The notes under the pieces: generated by a model | Database searches by the model: none | Told to the model about the DNA's origin: nothing | What the model saw: only the letters and a program-made list of their open reading frames with translations | Program-made: the position numbers and the translations under genes | Origin: Nymphaea colorata | Taxonomy: Eukaryota | DNA: 64,000 nt | Reading direction: 5' to 3' | Assembly (NCBI RefSeq): GCF_008831285.2 | Contig: NC_045138.2 | Span: forward strand, 23,188,001 to 23,252,000 | Shown: positions 38,401-52,600 of the stretch, piece after piece | Numbering within the stretch: position 1 is the first letter of the stretch | How the letters are laid out: each line of letters starts with the position of its first letter

Positions 38401-41400
38401 CCACCATAAACATGGAGCACTACACTCACCAGCGGACGGACAACTACATTTGCTGTGCATCTTAGAAGAGTGGGCATTACTTGGGATCACATGCCTGCGG
38501 GTTCTCTCATTCCTCAGCGGATGAAGAATCACATGAGGCCCTAGGCCCTTCGATCTGGCCAGGCATGGCCAGGGCACTAGGCAGCCATAGCCGAGAGGCA
38601 TCCGATCAAGGAAGTCGTCTTCCCAAGTGCAAGGATTACACGAAAGCCCCCGTAGCCAAGAGCTGCTTGGGCACGGTTGAGAGCATGGTCGGCACTATGC
38701 CAAGCAAGAGGGGGCTCCTGACCGACTTAAACGAGAAGCCATAGGTGTTACCATGGCTCCTTGGTTCGCTTATGCTTACCCAACTGTGTATCGATCGAAT
38801 GGCCATTCCAAGCGTACATCAGCGAGAGGCCGTGGTCCCTCCTGATGGAAAATCGACAAGCCTAGCAGAGCTGGTCAGGCATGGCCGCATGATTTTGTTA
38901 GCATCGCAGAGGCACAACCCATCAAGTCCTACTCTGACAACCTCTGCGATAGTGCAAACAAAGGTCGACTACGGATGATGCTCGAAAAGAATGCAATCGG
39001 CCACCCTCTGCACAGACTGAGTATAGAAGATTGCCGAGGAAGAAACTCGGATGTCACAAGAGAACCAGCTACGCAGCGTCCCGAGACAAGGTGCTTTTGC
39101 CAGAGTTGCGAGTATGAACTCATTGAACCGATTCAGCCAAGGACTTAACCTCCTACAGGCGAGCGACTCGGTTGAGCCGGTTCGAGTCTGTCCCGACTGA
39201 TTAAATGGTCGACCTAGTTTCACGTAGGTATAAAACCTGGGCGTTTTTTCTTTCTGAAGATGCTTTGAATATACTCTGTAAAAGGCAATCGCCATTACTA
39301 TCGAGATTCTTCCCATTCCACCGGAGATCACCTCTGTGTGAGAATAAAAAGCGAAATCCGACTGAGTTTCTTTGGAACTATGCTTCCGACGTGGATCTTC
39401 ATTGTGTCCTATTTGCGAAGCCTCCCTGCTCGCATTTCTGGCAAGGATGTGTTTCTTCTTCTGATGATCGAGTCAGTACACCAGGATGCCAAACACCATT
39501 CGACACTACAGAATTTTTGGGTGTGGTTCTCCCTCGATTCTATCATCCTTGAGGCTCAACTAAGTCAAAATGCCCACCTCTATCCTTTGAAACATCCTCC
39601 ACTTTTTTAATGCTTCCAAGCCCCAACCCGTCAATAGATTGATGTCAATCGAGTGTGGAACAACCCCAAATTGTGCGACAATGATCAGGTAAGAAATTAC
39701 GATCTATTCCTGATTGATCGAAGGATAACCATTCCCCAACTTTCTCTAGACAGCGAACGACCACTACTGGACATTTCCCTGTTAATGGTGTAATTTTGGC
39801 AAACCTTGTGGATGCATTCGTGATCGGGTGTTACTGACGACTCTAGATTTCCATATGACTCCAATGAGCATAGACTGAAGTGATTCCATGCAGCCTACGT
39901 GGAGATAAGATCAAATCTATCACTGGGTTCGAGTCAAACTCCAGCCTCAATTTGAGGATCATGACCTGTTTTTCAACGATGGATCTATCCCGAATGATTG
40001 ATCCTTGATTGGTGAGTCAATCTACAACTAGATTTTCTGAATTAAGAGTTGGAATCAATCAAACTCTAATTGGGTGTTCTGTTCTTCATTTTCGACAGAG
40101 CGATTCTGGTGCCAAATTCAAGCTATCCCATCTCTGATTTGTGTCGATGAATATCTAAGTAGATAGATGGCAGAATTCTGCACAAAACGAGTTGTCATAT
40201 GCCAAAATCCGATCAAAAGCCGAGTAATAGCTACTTGAAGATCGCTGGAGTATTTTCGGCCCGAAAGCAATTTCTTCAAGCGAACCCGATAATCTAGTGG
40301 AATATTCCACCGGGTTCTTTGGTCACTGACAAGTCAATTGTCAACGTGTCATGGTGTGCAATGTCCAAGATGAATTCGTGCATATCAATGAATCTCGAGC
40401 CACAGTTCCAACGCTGCTTATTGCCCTGCTCACAAATCTCGTTGATTCCCACACCACTAAAAGAAGGACTGGGCAACGAGTCATGCCAACGTGTCAAGCA
40501 AGTCTCGCCTCACCGCCTCGCATGTCCCGCTCCTGCTAAAGGCCTCAATGTCTTTGCAACACTAGCAGTTCCTTAAGTGTCGACCACTCATCATCTAGCA
40601 CTCGGTATGCTCAGACTTCACCCATCCGCTAGAACTCGCCTCCAATCGGCTAGACAACCTCCTCCTAACCGTTGGGCGTCCATTCACGGCATCTGGTGAG
40701 TGGTCTTCTTGTCTCCGATGCTAGGAATCCCTGATTTCACTTGAATCGGGCCTGACTACAGCTCGGTGAAGTCCCTCTACGCTCCTCCCTCGTGATCTCT
40801 ATTTTCATAGTTGAACTCTCATGCATCCTCATTTTCTGTGTGCCTCGAGTTCATGGTAGCTAAGGGACGGACAGCCCTGCTGATTCTTACCTTTGGGCGT
40901 AGCATGACAGACCATGGGAGGTCATAATTATCCTCACAGCTGCTGCAGGGAGGGGTCATCATGCGAGCCCCAACTCGATAAATCTTCTGTAGCACCCTAT
41001 GGACTAAGGCTGGGTCTTTTTGTTTACTAGGCCATCGGCCGTGCGACTGTCAGAGGCCTCCTCTAAAGCACTTGGCACAGAAGACACAACCCCGAGTTGC
41101 TTACCCCAAAATGGTCTAATCCAAGGTTTTCAGGGTATGCTCGATTATAGGCATGAATATTATGGGTGATTTGATGTATGTATGAGCCGGCCAGTGGCAA
41201 CTTGAGTGAGTTGCGAGTGTTTTGACTGTTGTACCAAACACTTTTGTAAGACTTGTTACTCTACGATTGGGAAATACTTGTATCTGTAGGGGGAATTCGG
41301 GTCTGCATGTACGTGACTCACTCGTTGGTTGTTTGAACCAGGGTCATGTCTGGCCAGGGGATTACATTGTAGAGTTGTTAGACTGTTTCTCGCCGAGGCA

Positions 41401-41445
41401 CATCGGGCAAAGGCTAGCAGCAGGGTCCTAAGAAGGGTCGCATCA
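32471..41445 (+). mobile_element. Ty3/Gypsy chromovirus-like LTR retrotransposon, internally deleted, with both LTRs and TSD
   Basis: 5' LTR 32471-35576 (TGATGTGACC...CACTTCA). tRNA-Met-type PBS tggtataagagcc at 35583. PPT aagggggatagatt at 38131-38144. 3' LTR 38145-41445 (TGATGTGACC...GTCGCATCA). 5-bp TSD CCAGG on both sides. Confidence 0.92.
36578..38144 (+). pseudogene. Degenerate gag-protease and fused chromodomain tail of the Gypsy element; RT, RNase H and integrase core missing
   Basis: Gag-like VKLDFLRF..YFKVEHYF..LHFEGQAMRWY, IRQDGSVQDYQGHFE and KKGLCFNCNEK. Protease VVVLVDTGVTHNFV. Pre-RT LAKYENMFAMPKGLPLVRSYDYKIKLLP runs almost directly into a chromodomain-like PTWELEGNLAERYP just before the PPT. 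Many stops and frameshifts. Confidence 0.85.
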
Positions 41446-42658
41446 CCAGGCCAGGCCAGACCGGACCTGCTCAGCTGGTCAAGTTATTGTGAGCCCCACA
41501 AAGTGTATTTTGATTTTTTTTTTGAAAAAAGGTAAGATTACTTTTTGAAATGAAAGGATATTTCGAGAAAATCAAGAGTATTTTGAGAATCTTGAATTAG
41601 AAATTGTTGGTATTTGGAAAATGGTCATAATGTCTTGATAGTTGCACTAGGAATGATTCATGACTTGTATTCGAAAATGAAAATGGATCTAGTTTATGGA
41701 TTTGGAGCTGGATTTGGATCAAATGCCTAGAATGGATAAAAAATGATATATTTGATTTGAGTCTTGAATTTTGATCTAAAACTCATATTTGGCTCTAAGT
41801 TGAGATTGGGCTTTGTGTCTAGAGTCTGAAATAGATCCAAATAAGTTTCAAATATAGTTGATAGTCAAATAAAAGAAGAAGTTGACCATAATTTAAAGAA
41901 ATTGAAGTGTTTGAAGCCGAAAATCCTTGATGTAAAGTTGTCACGAAATGTTTGAAAAAGACTAAATATTGAATCTTGAAAAATTTAGGGTGGTTACAGA
42001 TGCCCCTTTTGCTACTAGGTCAGGATAATTCATGCTTAGTGGCAAAGAAAAGTACCCAAATCAACAAAAATTTTGGCTAGAATCACATTTCAGGCTTAAC
42101 TCCTTACCTAAATGGTTGTTTGAACTTATGTTTGTTTAACTCTTTACTACACGAGTTTGCTAAAATTGAATTCAGGTTTAACCCCCTTGAATGGATTGCA
42201 TTGGCCTAAATTGCAGGTTTAATCCCTTACTTTTGTGGGTTGCTCTTTTGTCTATAATTTCATCACCTCAAATTCTTTTATTGAAGCTGAAAATGAAACC
42301 CTATTTTTCTTACATTGGCTGTGACAAGAAGACTTCTATCAGCTCAAGTGCCTTATGGTAAAGCTTTTGTTTTCATTGAATGCTGGATTTTGAACTTGCT
42401 TAGTAAAATCACCAACCTAGCATTTGCATTGAGGTTGCTTTCAAAAGTACTTGGCCAAATGGCCAAGTTGCACTTGTTTCATACGATTCCCTTCTCTAAT
42501 GACATGGTTGAACTAGCATTAGAATGTCCCGAACATGGCAGCCGAATAATGCTTGATCAAATCTTTAGCTTAGCAACTGACTTCATTTGATTGGGATATG
42601 ATCTTTTTTTGATGGATAAGGATGATTTGAATGATTTGTTAGAATAATTATTATGAAA

Positions 42659-42660
<2 letters not shown>

Positions 42661-42693
<33 letters not shown>
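42661..42693. repeat. (AT)n microsatellite
   Basis: Directly visible. Confidence 0.9.
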
Positions 42694-42697
<4 letters not shown>

Positions 42698-45600
42698 GTC
42701 GCAAAAGATATATAAAAAATGCTTCAAAAAGTTTGACCTAGTTCTGATTCAAAGCAAAATGCACTAATGTTCTGGGTAAAAGACAGATGGTTGATGTCTT
42801 GGTTTAGGACTTAGGTGAAGAAAATAATGAAAAATGTTCCAGTAAAAAGAAAGTGTAGACAAAATATATAAAAAAAAAATTGATGTATTTTTTAATAATA
42901 GGAATATGAGGGTGCAAGACAATGAGTTTAGGTATATAAGAATTTTTTATTTGTCTTTAATGACAAGCAATTGAGAAAAATGCTTATAAAAAAAAAACTT
43001 GTTATAAGAATATGATCAGTAGATAGTGATTTTCACAACAAGATATCAAGTTGATAGCATTTTAAAGATAATATAAGAAAAGAGAGAAAACTATAAAAAA
43101 TCTATTGCTTGTGAAGAATCTTGACTTTGGAAAGTATTAAAGTTCGGGCAGAGTATAAGGTACATAATAAATAAATAAAGTTTGATTCAAGAAGATATAG
43201 ACTCAATGGAGGTGAATGAATAAGTCAAAATCAAGTGTCTGAAGATTGGAAACAAAATATACTAGAGTAAAATAAAGGTTGGTAATCAACTTGGAATAAA
43301 TGATTACCTAAAATCATGAAAGTAGTAAAATAGGAATAAAGGCACACTATGGGTACTGAAGCTAGAAAATTATTTGAATAAATATAAAGAAGGATAAAAA
43401 CAATGCATGACCTAAGTTAAGCAAAGTTGGTTATTGAACCAATAGATAGGTATCATGTTTAAGAATATAAGGTTGGACAAATGAATAAATGAGAGATTGA
43501 CAATGTATGATAAAATGTAGATTCTAAAGTAATTTAAAAAAAAAAGGACTTGTCAAATGATATAACTTGAAAAATCAATGTCACTTAGGTAGTAGGATTA
43601 AAGAATGAGTTTATGACGTGGTCATATGACATGATTTAAAAAGATATTCATTTAAAATAGGAAAGATGAAATGTAAAATTATTAAATTGATCAAAGAGAG
43701 TATGGAAGACACACATGCCTTCATCATACAATGATAAGCATTTAGACCTTTCTAAAGTCACATACATTCACCATGCATATATTTGGAATAAGTACATAGA
43801 ACCCTAATTGAGTTTGTTTTAAAGCTATGATTGTTTCATATAAGATATGCCAATATACGTTAGCTAAAAGGCTTAGTACAAGCATAGACTTCTCCATTAA
43901 GTAACTAAAACCCGGGTTTCTCATTTCTCCTTGGTCACCCGTCAATATACCACAAATTACTAATCATGGTACTAATGAGAGGCCTTCTCGCTCAATGTGT
44001 GGTCCAATTGTATGACCTAGTCTTGTCTTGCTGCATAAGACCGAGTCTGGTGACATGATGACCAGGACAAATAGGTAGAGGAAGCTTTGAAATATAAGCA
44101 AACATGCAAAATCAGTTGTCGCTAATACAATGTTGCCTAAGGCAGTAATTAAAATAAAAAAAGAGCACATAATGTCCTCTCAAGCCTTAAATTGAGGAGT
44201 TTGTATTTGAATTCTAAGTCAAGTTGAACATGATTAAATATCGTCAATTATTTCTAAATGCAAAAAACATATAAAATCAAATCATGAAACCATGCTTAGA
44301 GATATATGGAATGGAATGCCAACTAGATTTAAGCCATGAAGATAGGCACATGATTAGTGTTGGCATTAAAAATAACATTTATAATTTAAAATGTGCAAAT
44401 AAAGAGGCTAGTAAGACGATGACAGGTTCCATCATAGTCATCATCTATTTGCATTCTTAAAATTTATTTTGGTCTTTGGAGTGCTTCAAAAGAAATGAGG
44501 TTTTTTTTTTAAATGAAAGAGAAAATGACTCACCTATCAGTATGAGGTTCAGACATTCCCAACGTCTTTATTGTGGGTAACCCAATCAAGAGCTAACATC
44601 TTGCTTTGCATATTCCGATATTTCAAATGTTATCCCAAATCCTATATGTACGTATGCTCAAGTCAAAATATATTTTTTAAATATACTGAAACAAATTTTA
44701 AAATGATTAAAACATGGTTCGATTTTGAAGAAAATAGTGGTGGTGCCCTTAGGTGTAAAACTATGGTCTTAAGGGTTAACAAACCCTTAATAATTAATAA
44801 CTTTATAAACTTGGGATTGAATTGTTGAAATAGCGAAATAGCATATATAACAAGTTGTTTAAAAGAGACACTTGTAAGATCATTTGAAATCCTCAAATAT
44901 TACATTAAAACTCAACTAGAAGATAACTTTTATTTGAAAATAGCTTTGAAAATAGAATTTTTCAACTTGCTTGAGGAAATATGATTGGTAACGTACTTGT
45001 AAATTTTTTATTTTGCAAAACATGGCTTCAACTTGTCATGCTTTGCAAAAACAAATTTTTTAAGTTTCGTTTGAAAATAAGATATCAAAATAGATGGGTG
45101 ATGATCATAATTCCTGTTCATCATAGGGCCAAAAAGAGAAATTTTGGAATATTGCACATATCAAAATAAAATGTTGAAAAATATGAAGATTTGATATTTG
45201 AAACAATAAAAAAATTATAATTTGTAAGGTGATTTTCTTGAATATTAAGTAAATTTCAATATTTTGCCTTAATTTGATTATTACCTCATTAGGGCTTGAT
45301 TTTGTCTTTCTTAAATTTCTCAGAGATGTGCTTGTGAGCATTCATGCTTCCCATAAGTGATTGTGTATGTATGATTACATAAATTTTATATGCATAATAA
45401 AAAATAAGTCATTTCTACCATAACATACACATATGGAGCAATGAATTTCATACAAATTGATAGTGGTAAGATTTCATTTAGCGATTCACTCAATGGTGTA
45501 CTGAAAATATAGGTGGGTCAATGAAAGACTACAACAATGCTTAAAAAAAATGAAAAATGGATTTGCATTTTGAAAATTGACGATGAAAAGATAGATAGAT

Positions 45601-46632
45601 GATGAGAGAGCAATAATAGGTAGAGAAAAATTAAAAGAAAGAAAGAAAAAAATGAAAGTACATAGAGAGAAATAAATATAAAAGATGGAGAGAAAAAGAG
45701 AGATATTTGAAAGAGAAAGAATTAAATGAGAGGAATAAAATAAAAATAGATATAAAAATGAAAAATTAAAATAAGAAAAATATAAGTTAAAATGATAGAA
45801 GAAAGTTAAGAATGAGAGAAATAAACATTAAAATGAAAATAAGAGGAGTAAAGAATGAGAGAAAAATAAATTAAAATGGAAGAGAAAAAAGTTAAAATGA
45901 GAGAAAAACAATTTTAGAATAGATAAACGAGTTAAAAAGAAATGAAGAAACTAGTTAAAATGATAAAAAGAAAAGTTAAAAAGAAAGGAAAAATGATCTT
46001 GAGGAAAATGTTTGCCTTGGTCATGCTCACTTAAGGAGAATCCTTAGCTTCAAAAAGGCTCTAGACCTTCATTGGCTAGTTATGAAGAAAAGAGACAAAT
46101 GATAGAAATAAAAATTATAACTACCTTAAAAAAAAAGATTTGATGTAGACGCGGCTCCTTAACTCTTCTTGGCAAAAAGAACTCCTTAATGATGACTTGA
46201 AAGGGTTGGAGATGCTCCAAAAGAGTCCATCACAAGCTCCTCTATGAAAAATTGAACAAGAAAAAGAAGAGGAGAAGAAGAAATCTTAGAAAAGGAGAGA
46301 GAGAATTCAAAGGCTTAAAAAGATGATGAATTTCCCCCCTTGTAAATGAGAGAAGTTAGGAGGTATTTGTAGAGGAAGAAGACTTAAGGGCATTGTGGTT
46401 TTTTTTTTTAAATATTGCCATTAGTTAGTCACTATTGGCTTAAAATAGCTTAAAAACATAAAGAGGGTCAAATCTATCTAAAAGTATATTGACAGAGGGT
46501 TGACCACAGCAAGGGTCAGCTTGCCCACCCAAGGTTCGCCTAGCCTAGAACTGGCCCACTGCCATGCCTAGACAAGCCGAGCTGGCCAGGAACATTTCTA
46601 TTTTGGCTTGTGCTGGCCGGCTGCAAGCCTAG

Positions 46633-49600
46633 TGATGCAACCCTACCCCCAGCCTACCAGGATAGCTGAGAAGTGCCCAACAGCATGGGCATGATGAGGA
46701 AAACAGCTGATCCCTCATTGCCAAAGCTTTTCCCTCGCATGCAAGGGAGGAAGGTGATGGGCGAGGCATTAAGACCCTCGCCAAGAGGCAGTCGGCCAGA
46801 TGGGTCGATTGTCTGCGCATGGCATGCTACAAGAAGCACCTTCCCATGAACGTAGTTTCCCTTCAGCCGAGATAGTGGCACATACGGCCCTGTGCTATAA
46901 CCTCAGGCTGAGCTTGGCTGGGGCAACAGGAGGCCATAGCCGAGAGGCATGCACCTTGGGCCGTGTCATTCTGAGTGGAAGGCCTACGCAGAGAGCCCCC
47001 ATAGACGGAAGGCACTCGGCCGAGTCCCTTAGGACAACCTACTCCATTCCAAGCACAACAAGGACCTTATCCATCATAGTCGATTGGTGCCCACAACAAA
47101 ATTCTGATTTTGCAAGGCCATACTGAGTGCAAGGAGACTAGTGGTAATGGACCTTGCCAAGGGTTACTCAGTTAAGTGCCAATAGAGGCTAACAGGCATG
47201 GAGTTGATGAATGACACTACTGCCAAGACACCACTCTGCAGTTGACAAATGACACTACTGCAAAGACACCATTTTGGAGCACAACACGCACAAGATGCTT
47301 CCACAGCAGCCCCACTGATGCCTACAAGAACAGGAGGCTTCCTCCTCAGCACAGCTAGCAAGGCCAACCCAGCCAAGGATAAACCAGTGCATCAGTTCGG
47401 GTCACATGGGCCTAAACCCGCCAAACTGTCACGCCCGATCTGTGCATTCAAAGGTCTGGATCGGATGACTCAGTAAGAGACCAGTCAGGTCGCATGAACA
47501 TAACCCGCTGATTGTTAGACCCGATCCAAGCCCTCTATGGTCTTGGTCGAACGGGTCACCAAGGGAAAGACCCAACTTGGGTCTAGCTAGTTTTTTGCCT
47601 AGTTTGTCTTTAAATATTTAGTGATTAGGGTTAGGGTTTCATCTTTTCATCTTTTATCATGTCAAGTTTATGTTTAGAAAGGGATTAGGGTTTTTGTAGC
47701 TACATAGCAACAACCTCTAGCAACTAGCCAAATTTTCTCTTGCAATGAACAATCCAACGAAGGCTTGAAGTTCCCACTGTTTTCGGCGTGGTTTTTTGGT
47801 GGGTAGCTAAAGTTCTTCTATTCCCTCTTCACGGTGTATATTATGGTTCTTCTATATTCGAAGGTACACTACAACGCCAAACACCCTACAACACTCTGAG
47901 CTTTGCCGTTGTGGTTCTCCACTACTATTCAAGCCCGTTTTGTAAAGCTGTGACATGGTTCTCTGCAGTTATGCCGCACAGTCCAACTTTGATTGAGAAA
48001 GATCAAATGTTCACCCACCGTAGCATTGTTCCTCCATCTCTGACAGTCTCCAAGACACCCAAAACCACCGCAGAACTGTAGCACTATTCTGCTGCCTCAC
48101 AATAGACCCTCATTACGTCGGTAGCATGTAGAAATTTGTTCTCGAATTCTCAAAATGATACTCAAATGAATTGTTCATCTTAGTGAAGCTGAACAACACA
48201 TTTTTGTTTGGCGACCTATGGGCCGAATCCAACTGTTGGGGTTCTCCAAAAAACAGTCATATGTGACTCTAGACGTCTCCCTAATTCCTGCGAGCCTAGG
48301 CATGCACAAGTCCGATCAATATACCATCGGAGTTTTTGCTCTCCCACTATGGCCGGCTGATCAATCCCATCGATTGATCCCCGTCTGGTAAATAAGTCTA
48401 CTTCTAACCCTATCTTGATAACTGTTGTTTTCGTCGTTATATGCTGAGCTCGAAGGAGAAGCCGAACAAGTCATGGCTCCTAGTTGTGCACCCTAGCCAT
48501 CCATCCATGGGAGAATCAACTTGGGTTTGCTCCTGAGTGCATTTCCACAAACTCAAAGCAAGAACTAGGTTATGACCAAGGACGAATGAAGAGGAATCAA
48601 GCGAAGCTTCTGCCGGTCATACAAATATTTCTAGCAAGCTCCGGTGAGACTTAGTCCCCTCCTTGGTTGAGCGTCTGGGTCAATCAACTATTGCAGAACT
48701 GCGCAAGGCGGACTCTAGCTGCCTAGTTCTCTCCCAAGGTTGAGGCTGCTCACTACCAAAGAGGGACATACAACAACATGGTCAACCCTACCGATGCCTT
48801 GCTGGATCTCGTGCAGTAGACTTGCCAAACATATGATGGCATCTGTCAGATCTCCGATGCCCTGTCATGTCAAGCCTCGGCTTTGTGCGGGATCTAATCC
48901 CAGCGTGACCTCAAGAGCTAATTTTCTTCATACACCCTATAGAGCAGAGAGGGTGCTCTTGTTAAGGCTACGACTATCTACCATCACGGGGAACCCTCAG
49001 CGTGCTCTAAGCATCCAAGCACGACCCCGACTGAGCCAGCGTGAAGAAGATTGCCCTTGGAAAGAGAGTGTGGTTTGTACGCATAGGACTTGCATGTGAA
49101 TGTAATTGAGCTGGCCTGTGGCATTGAGTGAGCTGTGGAAGATTTAATCTTGCACGCGCTTTGTAATTGTTAAAGCCTCTCATCCCACATAAAATCTACG
49201 TATGTTTAGCTAGGTTGGAATCTAGGTAACAACTTGCACTCATTTGGGGAACTAGCTAGAGGGCCAGGGTCCTGTCTAGCCTAGGTCAAAGTTGTAAGGG
49301 AGACAACCTCTCCACCGATTTGTGCCGACATCCCACGGAGGTTCAGGTTTAGTGCTCAGCTCAGTGGATGTGGCGGTGCTCCTGGCCACCGTTAGTTTTC
49401 TATCGACACATGCAGGATAGTGCAAGGAAAGGCATGCATAGTCTGGAGTATAGATTGGAAATCTACAAGGGTCTATAGACCTCCAATAGGTCTGAAAATT
49501 GAGAGTGTATCACACAAATATTAGGCAAATCCTGTGTAGTGGTTCCTATGATTGAATCCAAAAATAAATTTGAAACCCTCTAGTAGACCTAAGGAAAAGT

Positions 49601-52600
49601 GAAGAGCAACAGTTGGAAGAATCCAACCAGCAGCTTCTCGCGATTGGCATATAGGGTCTCGTTGGATTAGTGCTAAACCTAACACAGCATAAGGATTGTG
49701 TTTAGCACGCATCTCTGGCTGTCGAACGGTGACTGAGTCTCAGGTTTATTGCTGAGGCACTTGGAGAGTGCGTCAAGTAGGTCCCCATTAGGACCCGACT
49801 GAGGATGAGGTTAATTGTCGAGGCACCAGCAGGCGATTCCGCATTCACCTCCTGTAGTTAGATGGTCGACCTCAAGCCTATTCACATGCAACCATCAACA
49901 CTAAGAGGGTGTGGTGATGAGAGGCCAAAGGATTATCCCCACAGTCTAAGCCGTCTGCGCTAGGAGGGTGTGGTCTGCCCTTAGAATTCATTTGTTGCTT
50001 CACACACAATGCAAATTAGTACTAATTACCACCGTTAGGTTCATAACTAAATTTGGGGCCTAGCACAACCCATAGAATCCTTGAGAGACAGACTTGGAAA
50101 ATTGAACTACCTTGAGGCATGCTAGTATTGAGTGTGTGGGAGACCCCCTTTCCCGTCCATGGATGAATGTTTGACACTAAGAAGACTAGCATAGAAAGGT
50201 GGGGAACAGATACTTAATTGACAATGTTGGATCAGTTGGAAAATATGAATACTACCTTACCGTGCCTATGAAGAGAAATTTGGAATGGTGCCGATACTTG
50301 TTCGGATGAGCTACTAGCTCAGGTGGAGCTCTTTCGAGCACCAACATCAAGAAATAGGGGTCCGCCTTAGGCAACTTGAGGTTGCACCTTCTCACAGACA
50401 CCACTAGAGACAACCTTAGGTCAGATCCTCTTATTGCCACAGCCCACCCACGTCTAGGCGAGGATAGTCCACCAGATACATAAGAGCTGAAATCATACAA
50501 AAAGATGTTCCAAAGACTAGAATGGCATGTTGAGACCGAACAACATCACCCGGCCAGGGGAAGGACGATTCCTTATGTTCCTCAAGAAGACATAAGTTTT
50601 AATTCCTTGAGGGATTACTATCATCGGCGTGAGCGAACCGGTTGTAAGGATAGAACATATGATACTCACATTGAGGACTGGCAGTAGGCAATCTAGTATC
50701 CACAAGGGCGTGCCCATCACAAGTACTCAGACTTGGATAAGCAGGGCACCGTAAGTCTACTAGTAGCCCATCAACATAGGCAGCAGGCATTGAGGATGAG
50801 AATTGGCCCTGTGGAGACTCACGTGGTAGAGGTTGGGCCGACCAAATCAAGCCTGGTCACCACATCAATAGGAATCAACAAGGTATTAGTGTAAGCCCGC
50901 TTACGATGCAGTTAAAGCCCAGCGACATGAGGACTGGCATAGCAATGGCCACACCAAGTCATCCTGCTCCACCTGTGATGCATACCTTGAAAGGTGCAAG
51001 TTTGGAGGTGCACTTCACACAAGCAAAAATATCATGGGCCATGGTAGCATGGGCAGGCGCACAACGGACTCCCATGACAAGGAACAGAGTTGGATATACA
51101 AGCAAACACGACAACCATCTGGATACATGCCTGTCCTACATGGTGAGCCCAAGGAAGGGGACCTTACCACTCACACAATGTATAAAGAAGCATGGACGAT
51201 GGAGAAATTTAAGATACACACCAAGAAGGACACCCTGCTCAACCTCGAAGCCCGACATTATAACTGGTTTGTTTACTGGAGTGCCAACCTACGTCCTCTT
51301 GAGGAGCAAATGCAATCCTTGAGGAAACAGTCTAAGGTGTCCAACACCCTTGGGATCACACAATGTATAAAGAAGCACAGACAATACAATGGAGGAATTT
51401 AAGAAGCACACCAAGAAGGGCACCCCTGCTCAACCTCAAAGCTCGACATTATAACTGGTTTCTTTACTGGAGTGCCAACCTACGTCCTCTTGAGGAGCAA
51501 ATGCAATCCTTGAGGAAACAGTCCAAGGTGTCCAACACCCTTAGACAGTTGAGTGTCTTACCCGTGAGACCCTCAAAACAAGAAGACATGGGCAAGATGA
51601 CTGAAATACATGATCAACCTACACACGAGAAACTCGAGCCTATGGTAGATCTTAAAGGCAAAGAAGCTCAAGCGAGGGGTGAAGCGACCAGCAAACAGAC
51701 CCCTCTATGGCAGTCCCAGCCCCATCAATAAGGCGAATAGCCCGTCAAGGAAGAGAAATTAGTGTCAAAGGGGCCAATACTTTAGGTGTAACGTTAAATG
51801 GGAATGCAGTCCCATAACCTTGGGAAGGAGGGCGAGGGTTAGTCTGTTGCGTCTCCCATTAGCCATCTAGCCATGCAGGAGGCAATCGGCAAACAACTCC
51901 TCGTATCCACCTCCATCACACATTGAGCTGTTAGGGAGGCAACCACCAAGAAGGTCCCAGCCACTATCCTCACTTCCACAGAAACATCTATTGCTGGTGC
52001 ACTATGCGTAAGATGCTACGTCCGCACGGTAGGTGAATGGATCTACCCAAAGCCTCATGAGCCATCAAGTTGCCCGTATGGTCAGATATGGAATCAAGCA
52101 CTGCCCCGGATTGGGGGATGGCACTAGAGGACCATATTTTGCAGCGCATAAGGATTTAAAGATTAGGACACATGGCCAATAATTCCAAATGGACTTGTAT
52201 GTCTTTGTCTGGAGCAGACTAGATGTAGTACTCTATAGTCCATGGCTCGCGTGATTCGGTGATTTTTCCACAGACTTCCATGATATGACTATTTGGTTTC
52301 TCAAAGAGGATGGGAAAACAACAAGAATCTATGCCATGAAACAATGCAGCATTATTGCAAGGGCCTCAGGAGTGTTAGATACATTTTATGAAGAGAAGAT
52401 TTTCGGGGAAAGAAAAGAGGCAAGGCCAGCTCAGCTACGCATGACCAGATTTGACAGAAATTTGGCCTTAGGGAAAAGATTGGCAACCTAATTTCACTAG
52501 TCATCAAAACCAGTTGGGGTTGACTAGGGGCAGCAGCAAGGACCATGGCCCTCCGACCGATCAGTCACACACCTTGCCGACGTGAGTGACCAGCACCCTA

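Larger units (their letters stand above)
29569..46632 (-). mobile_element. Non-autonomous Ogre/Tat-like Gypsy LTR element (minus strand), both LTRs interrupted by nested elements
   Basis: 29569-32420 and 44446-46632 are long colinear direct repeats. On the minus strand the 3' LTR starts TGTAACCACCCTAAATTTTT at 41998, right after a purine tract AAAAGGGGCATC (41999-42010), and ends AAATTTCGGGGATGCAAATA at 29569. A degenerate PBS (minus strand tgatgactatgatggaac, compare TGGCGACTCTGCTGGGGAC) follows the other LTR end at 44446. The ~2.4 kb internal region has no intact ORF. Confidence 0.65.

Noticed and set aside
32475..41535. Many 60-170 aa ORFs inside the Gypsy LTRs
   Set aside because: Not preserved between the two LTR copies and lacking recognisable domains; chance ORFs in GC-richer LTR DNA.
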